Origin: Trichosphaerium sp. ATCC 40318
Taxonomy: Eukaryota; Protista; Tubulinea
Assembly: GCA_038496445.1 (NCBI GenBank)
Contig: JALMLS010000404.1
Coordinates: forward strand, 62,001-126,000
Direction of reading: 5' to 3'
Length of the DNA: 64,000 nucleotides
This document shows, one piece after another, positions 60,005 to 64,000 of the stretch (position 1 is its first letter; each line of letters begins with the position of its first letter). Under the pieces are notes generated by a model that saw only the letters and a list, made by a program, of their open reading frames with translations, was not told the DNA's origin and ran no database searches. Made by a program: the position numbers and the translations under genes.

Positions 60005-60615
60005 ATAAAACTGAAAAAAACCCAAACATTCTGATATCAACGGCAATAAAAGAATACACTATTGTCAATGTCATTTCTGTTTACATATTAACCAATGGGA
60101 ACGTAGAATTGTTGGAAGAAGAAAATAGAGATTAAAGATAACAATAAATGAATCCAACTTATTGATACTCCTATTTGGTTGTAGCAGTGATTCTGAAGGA
60201 AGAGAAAAATGCTGTTCTTACTTCCAAGTTTTTTACTATGCTTTTACACATTGCTTTTTAGATCAGTTTGGCTCCTGAAAGACTTATATCGTTTGAACAT
60301 ACTGAGTACAATGACTAGTAAAACAATCTGTCATATTGCCAATATAATTGTTGAATCTATGCTGCCATTGACATTTTGTTTAACACTCTTTGGTATTAAG
60401 GCACACATAAAGGCACCATAGTGATTGATGATATATGATATCTACATGATTTGACAGAAGCGTCAATACTGGTAAGCTCTGCCAAAAGTGCTAAGAAGTC
60501 ACTTTCTCCAGAAAATAAAGTATAACGAACTGAGATGGACAATTAAATAGCACGTGACTCGTTTAGTGAAGAAAGTTCAAGACCAAAAACTTTTTCAATT
60601 TCAAACAACAGTAAA

Positions 60616-61587
60616 ATGGCAACTCAGCAATTCGCACGTGTTAATACTTTACTCACGGAAGTAACAAACTTGTTTTCGGTACCGATCGAGATACTTTTAC
60701 ATATTTTTGTCAACAACGACCTTTCATGGCAAGATTTGGCGTCATTACAACAATCAAACCATTATCTGTGCGAAATGATACGAAACGACGCTGATTACAT
60801 TTATCAACATTTGTATCATCAGAAATGGGGTCTCGATGCTGAAGAAATAGAGTCTGTTGTCCATCAACGTATCGTGCAAGATTTTAACGCTCGAAAGCCC
60901 TTTTTGGACGCGTCGTCACGTATTCAAATGTCATCAACTTTTTACAATCTTGGTGCAGTCACGTGGAAAGAAAAGTACAGAAATAAACTCTGTCCAAACA
61001 TCATTGCAGAGTTGAGTTGTGACAAGAAACATGTTCACAAAGGACAGACAGTAACACTCAAACTTACACTGGAGAATATTGGTAAAACGGAAGAGACAGT
61101 ACACCTTGGTACTGGGTCAAGGCTTGATGATTGTCATCTTATTGAAGGAGGAAGTGCTGTTTATATTTGGAAGCCTCTTGTCAGAAATCCTGGTGGGTTG
61201 TTCGAAAATTACCAGATCGAAAACGATGTACCTGGATATTTTAATGCAAAAATACATGATGAATTTTTTATTGAACTGAAACCAGGAGATAGACGTACAT
61301 TTGAGATACCATTACTTTTGGACAGACTGAAACGATCAACAATAGCACCACGGCTTTTAATGGGGCCATCTGACCCACCCTCTGGTACATTATCTCTTCG
61401 AGGCAAAATATATCAAGTGTGTGTTGCTTGTGATGAAACACCAGATGTGTTTCCTCTTAAATTATTTGTAAAAATCAATACTGAAAAGGAGTCGCATAGA
61501 GCAGCTCATTTTAGTATATTTCATGGACATTGTTCGGCTGTTATAAGCAATATTATAAACCTTACAATGTATAAGACGTCCCAATAA
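60616..61587 (+). CDS. F-box + Ig-like protein, family copy 6
   Basis: Intronless 323-aa ORF with all framework motifs. Confidence 0.88.
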   Translation: MATQQFARVNTLLTEVTNLFSVPIEILLHIFVNNDLSWQDLASLQQSNHYLCEMIRNDADYIYQHLYHQKWGLDAEEIESVVHQRIVQDFNARKPFLDASSRIQMSSTFYNLGAVTWKEKYRNKLCPNIIAELSCDKKHVHKGQTVTLKLTLENIGKTEETVHLGTGSRLDDCHLIEGGSAVYIWKPLVRNPGGLFENYQIENDVPGYFNAKIHDEFFIELKPGDRRTFEIPLLLDRLKRSTIAPRLLMGPSDPPSGTLSLRGKIYQVCVACDETPDVFPLKLFVKINTEKESHRAAHFSIFHGHCSAVISNIINLTMYKTSQ

Positions 61588-61843
61588 ACTTATTCAAACC
61601 ATTGTTAAATAGAAAGACAGCACTAGCACTATACAAGTTTACCATATCTCCAGCTTTGTGAGTACCATTTGAATAACAAGTTGTCATACTTCTTGTATAC
61701 ATTATACCTTAATTGTACAGTTGTTAATAAAGAAGTTGTGTGATATGGTATGCTACATAGAGTACACAAAGAGCTACTAAACGTTGTGATAAGATGTTTA
61801 TTTAAACAGGTTTTTTTCTCGTCGCTGGTGCTAGTCTTTTACA

Positions 61844-64000
61844 TTACAATTCTTCCTCTGAATATGGATTCTCTGCATTAACATCTATAGCTTGACCACT
61901 ATATTTTTTATACAACACAAACGCAACAACAGCGATCACAACAATAATAACAACTAATTCCAAACGTCAACTCAAAGCACAGAAAAAAAGTGGAAAAAAA
62001 AACCAGAACAAATCTCGTTCAACTCAATGCAAAACAAAATTATTGATACTTACCTATTATAAGAACAATGAAAACTATTCCGACTGTTGGTAGTCCAGAA
62101 GAAGGATCTGTTGTTTGCCTTCCTACAGAGTACAGTGAGTGCTTTTAATTTGATGAAAATAACCAAAACAAGAATTCCACAGAAAACTGCTTGCTCACCT
62201 CCTACTGCTTCTGTTGGTGAAGCTGGCGTTAAAGAGGTAGTTGGTGTATTTGTTATTGATGGTACGAAAGCAGGCGTAAAAGGTAAAGGCGATTCAATTG
62301 GTGGACTAGGGAGGCTGGGAATAGGACCAAAGAGTGCTGGTGGTAGATCATTATCACACAATAAGGCGTATGAGCATGTCCTTGATGAAACGCATGTAGT
62401 AGACCATCCAAGTACGTTATCATAACTACAGCACTCTGGATTACAAGCGCATACTAGTTCACAACATGTAGCGTTTGCGCATCCCCATGCACCTGCCTAG
62501 AAAGTCGTGTCATTGAATACTGTTGGACAATATATTCCAAAGAGTTTACCTCGCTGCAATTATTTCCTCCTGGAGTTGTTGATCCACATGGGTTTGGTGG
62601 ACAAGGCCATTCTATTGTTTCGTCTGCTTCTATTGGAAGTAATCAGATGATAAAATATAAAGAGTATAGCGAGTACCAAGCTCAAGGTTGATGCCACCGA
62701 CACATCTTGAAAGAGAAATCTTTTTGTACCTGTAACAAACAATCAGATGTAAAAAAAATACGTTTTTTGCTTTTCTGAAAAGTAAAGTACCCAGAAGACG
62801 AAACACGTGCTGTGGCAGGTGCAAAACATGAACCAAATTCTATATCTGGGTGTTGAGGTGCAAGTAAGACGCAGTGATTACTTTCATTTCGAGCAAATCC
62901 AATATCACTTTGAGAAACACAAACGTTAATAATGAAATACAATATTTTTCTTTCTCATTTGTACCATGCAAAGTCATCTGCTGTGCACTCACATGTTTGT
63001 TCTGTAATATTCTCTCTACCATTGAAATCTGGAGGTACTATACAAGATGCGTTTTGCTTCTTTCTGACTATGTTAGTTCGTCTTACGCCAAGAATACAAT
63101 CGCTCCTTTGTGCTAGGAAAAAATAGTAAGTATGTGACGTTTGGTTTGCACGTGTTTTTTTTTGCGTCTATTCTACAGAGTCAAAAACTTACAATGTGGC
63201 TCAAAATACTCGTAATCAGAGTCAGGGGATCCAATAGTCTCGTAATCAAAGGAACCTAAAAGTAGGTAAAAAAAAAAGAGTTAAAATTATGAAAAAATGA
63301 AATTTCTTTGACTGTACATTCACGTGAGATCAATTCTGTCGTGTCAATGTGGTAAATATAAGTTTCTCTTATAATACCACTGTTACTTTCACCTGAAATA
63401 AATGTTAATAAGAACAATAGTATGTGTCAAAAACCGTTTCATTTTTTTTGCTTTTTTGAGCTGACATGTTGATATAACGTACCAGTGAGCAGGAAACCTG
63501 GGTGCACAGCATTATGATCAACAAGTAAGCGTTCCTTTGGAGCAATAAGTTAGGAACATGAAATCAGAAATTGGAAAGAAGGAAGTACGGGAGTGAAGTC
63601 ACATGTAGGACAAGCTGTTGTATTCTCAATAACACATGTTTGAAACGTTAATCCTTGATCAAATGAATATGATATTGTGTTTTCACCTTCTTCTCCTGGG
63701 GCAACAACAAGAACACTACCTAAAAAGAAAGCCAAAAAGGTTAGAAATACTTCGCAGCCACCAAAAAAAAATTGTTATCGAGTCGAAAGAATAAACCCAA
63801 AGTCATACCGTGATTTGTCATGTCAAAATTGGATGTAGCAGCACCAATATTTTTCCAAGTTACTCCTCCATCTCTACTTAAATATGTGTAAATAGGGCTA
63901 TCCGTATCAAGGAATGGACCAACATTTCCTAATCAAAGAATCAGACCAAGGTACCTTCAAACTAAAGGCCGGAACAAATCTCTATGAAAGTTTCTTGCAC
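61844..64000 (-). CDS. Vps10/sortilin-domain sorting receptor, 3' part (continues beyond window)
   Basis: GNVGPFL..YTYLSRDGGVTW and ISYSFDQGLTF (BNR/Asp-box); Cys-rich 10CC-like exons; P/T stalk; TM VIIVIAVVAFVVY; tail NPYSEEEL*. Confidence 0.8.

Noticed and set aside
2942-61587. Diversity-generating retroelement as the cause of F-box loop variation
   Set aside because: No reverse transcriptase or template/variable repeat pair in the window. Differences include indels and all four bases, not adenine-specific changes.
1-64000. Whole window as an endogenous giant-virus insertion
   Set aside because: No NCLDV hallmark genes seen (capsid, PolB, packaging ATPase). Virus-like genes are interleaved with intron-rich host genes.

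Overview
AT-rich, intron-containing eukaryotic nuclear DNA from a protist. The short GT(ACGT)..AG introns and gene content are amoeba-like, but the organism cannot be identified from this window. Housekeeping genes: cytosolic HSP90 (5 introns, one hosting a U43/snR70-like C/D snoRNA), MGAT2, a GT61 glycosyltransferase, PGAP1, a TKL kinase, a PPP phosphatase, a partial Vps10/sortilin receptor, and an eIF4G that appears fused in frame to an upstream VIT-vWA module. These are interleaved with about 11 F-box loci carrying different recognition modules. The main system is a family of six intronless F-box + Ig-like beta-sandwich genes plus one decayed fragment. They share a conserved framework interrupted by five hypervariable, length-variable loops, and the paralogs are nucleotide-level mosaics of one another, suggesting a repertoire of SCF substrate receptors diversified by segmental gene conversion. 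Other notable items: a circularly permuted tRNA-Thr(AGT); an F-box/H3-like histone-fold/ankyrin gene; an F-box-LRR protein ending in a ribosomal P-stalk-like tail; a TA-duplicating TIR element that replaced the C-terminus of an F-box-LRR gene; and a 1.8-kb LamG-receptor duplication with patchy identity. All gene models were read by eye, so boundaries of multi-exon genes are approximate.
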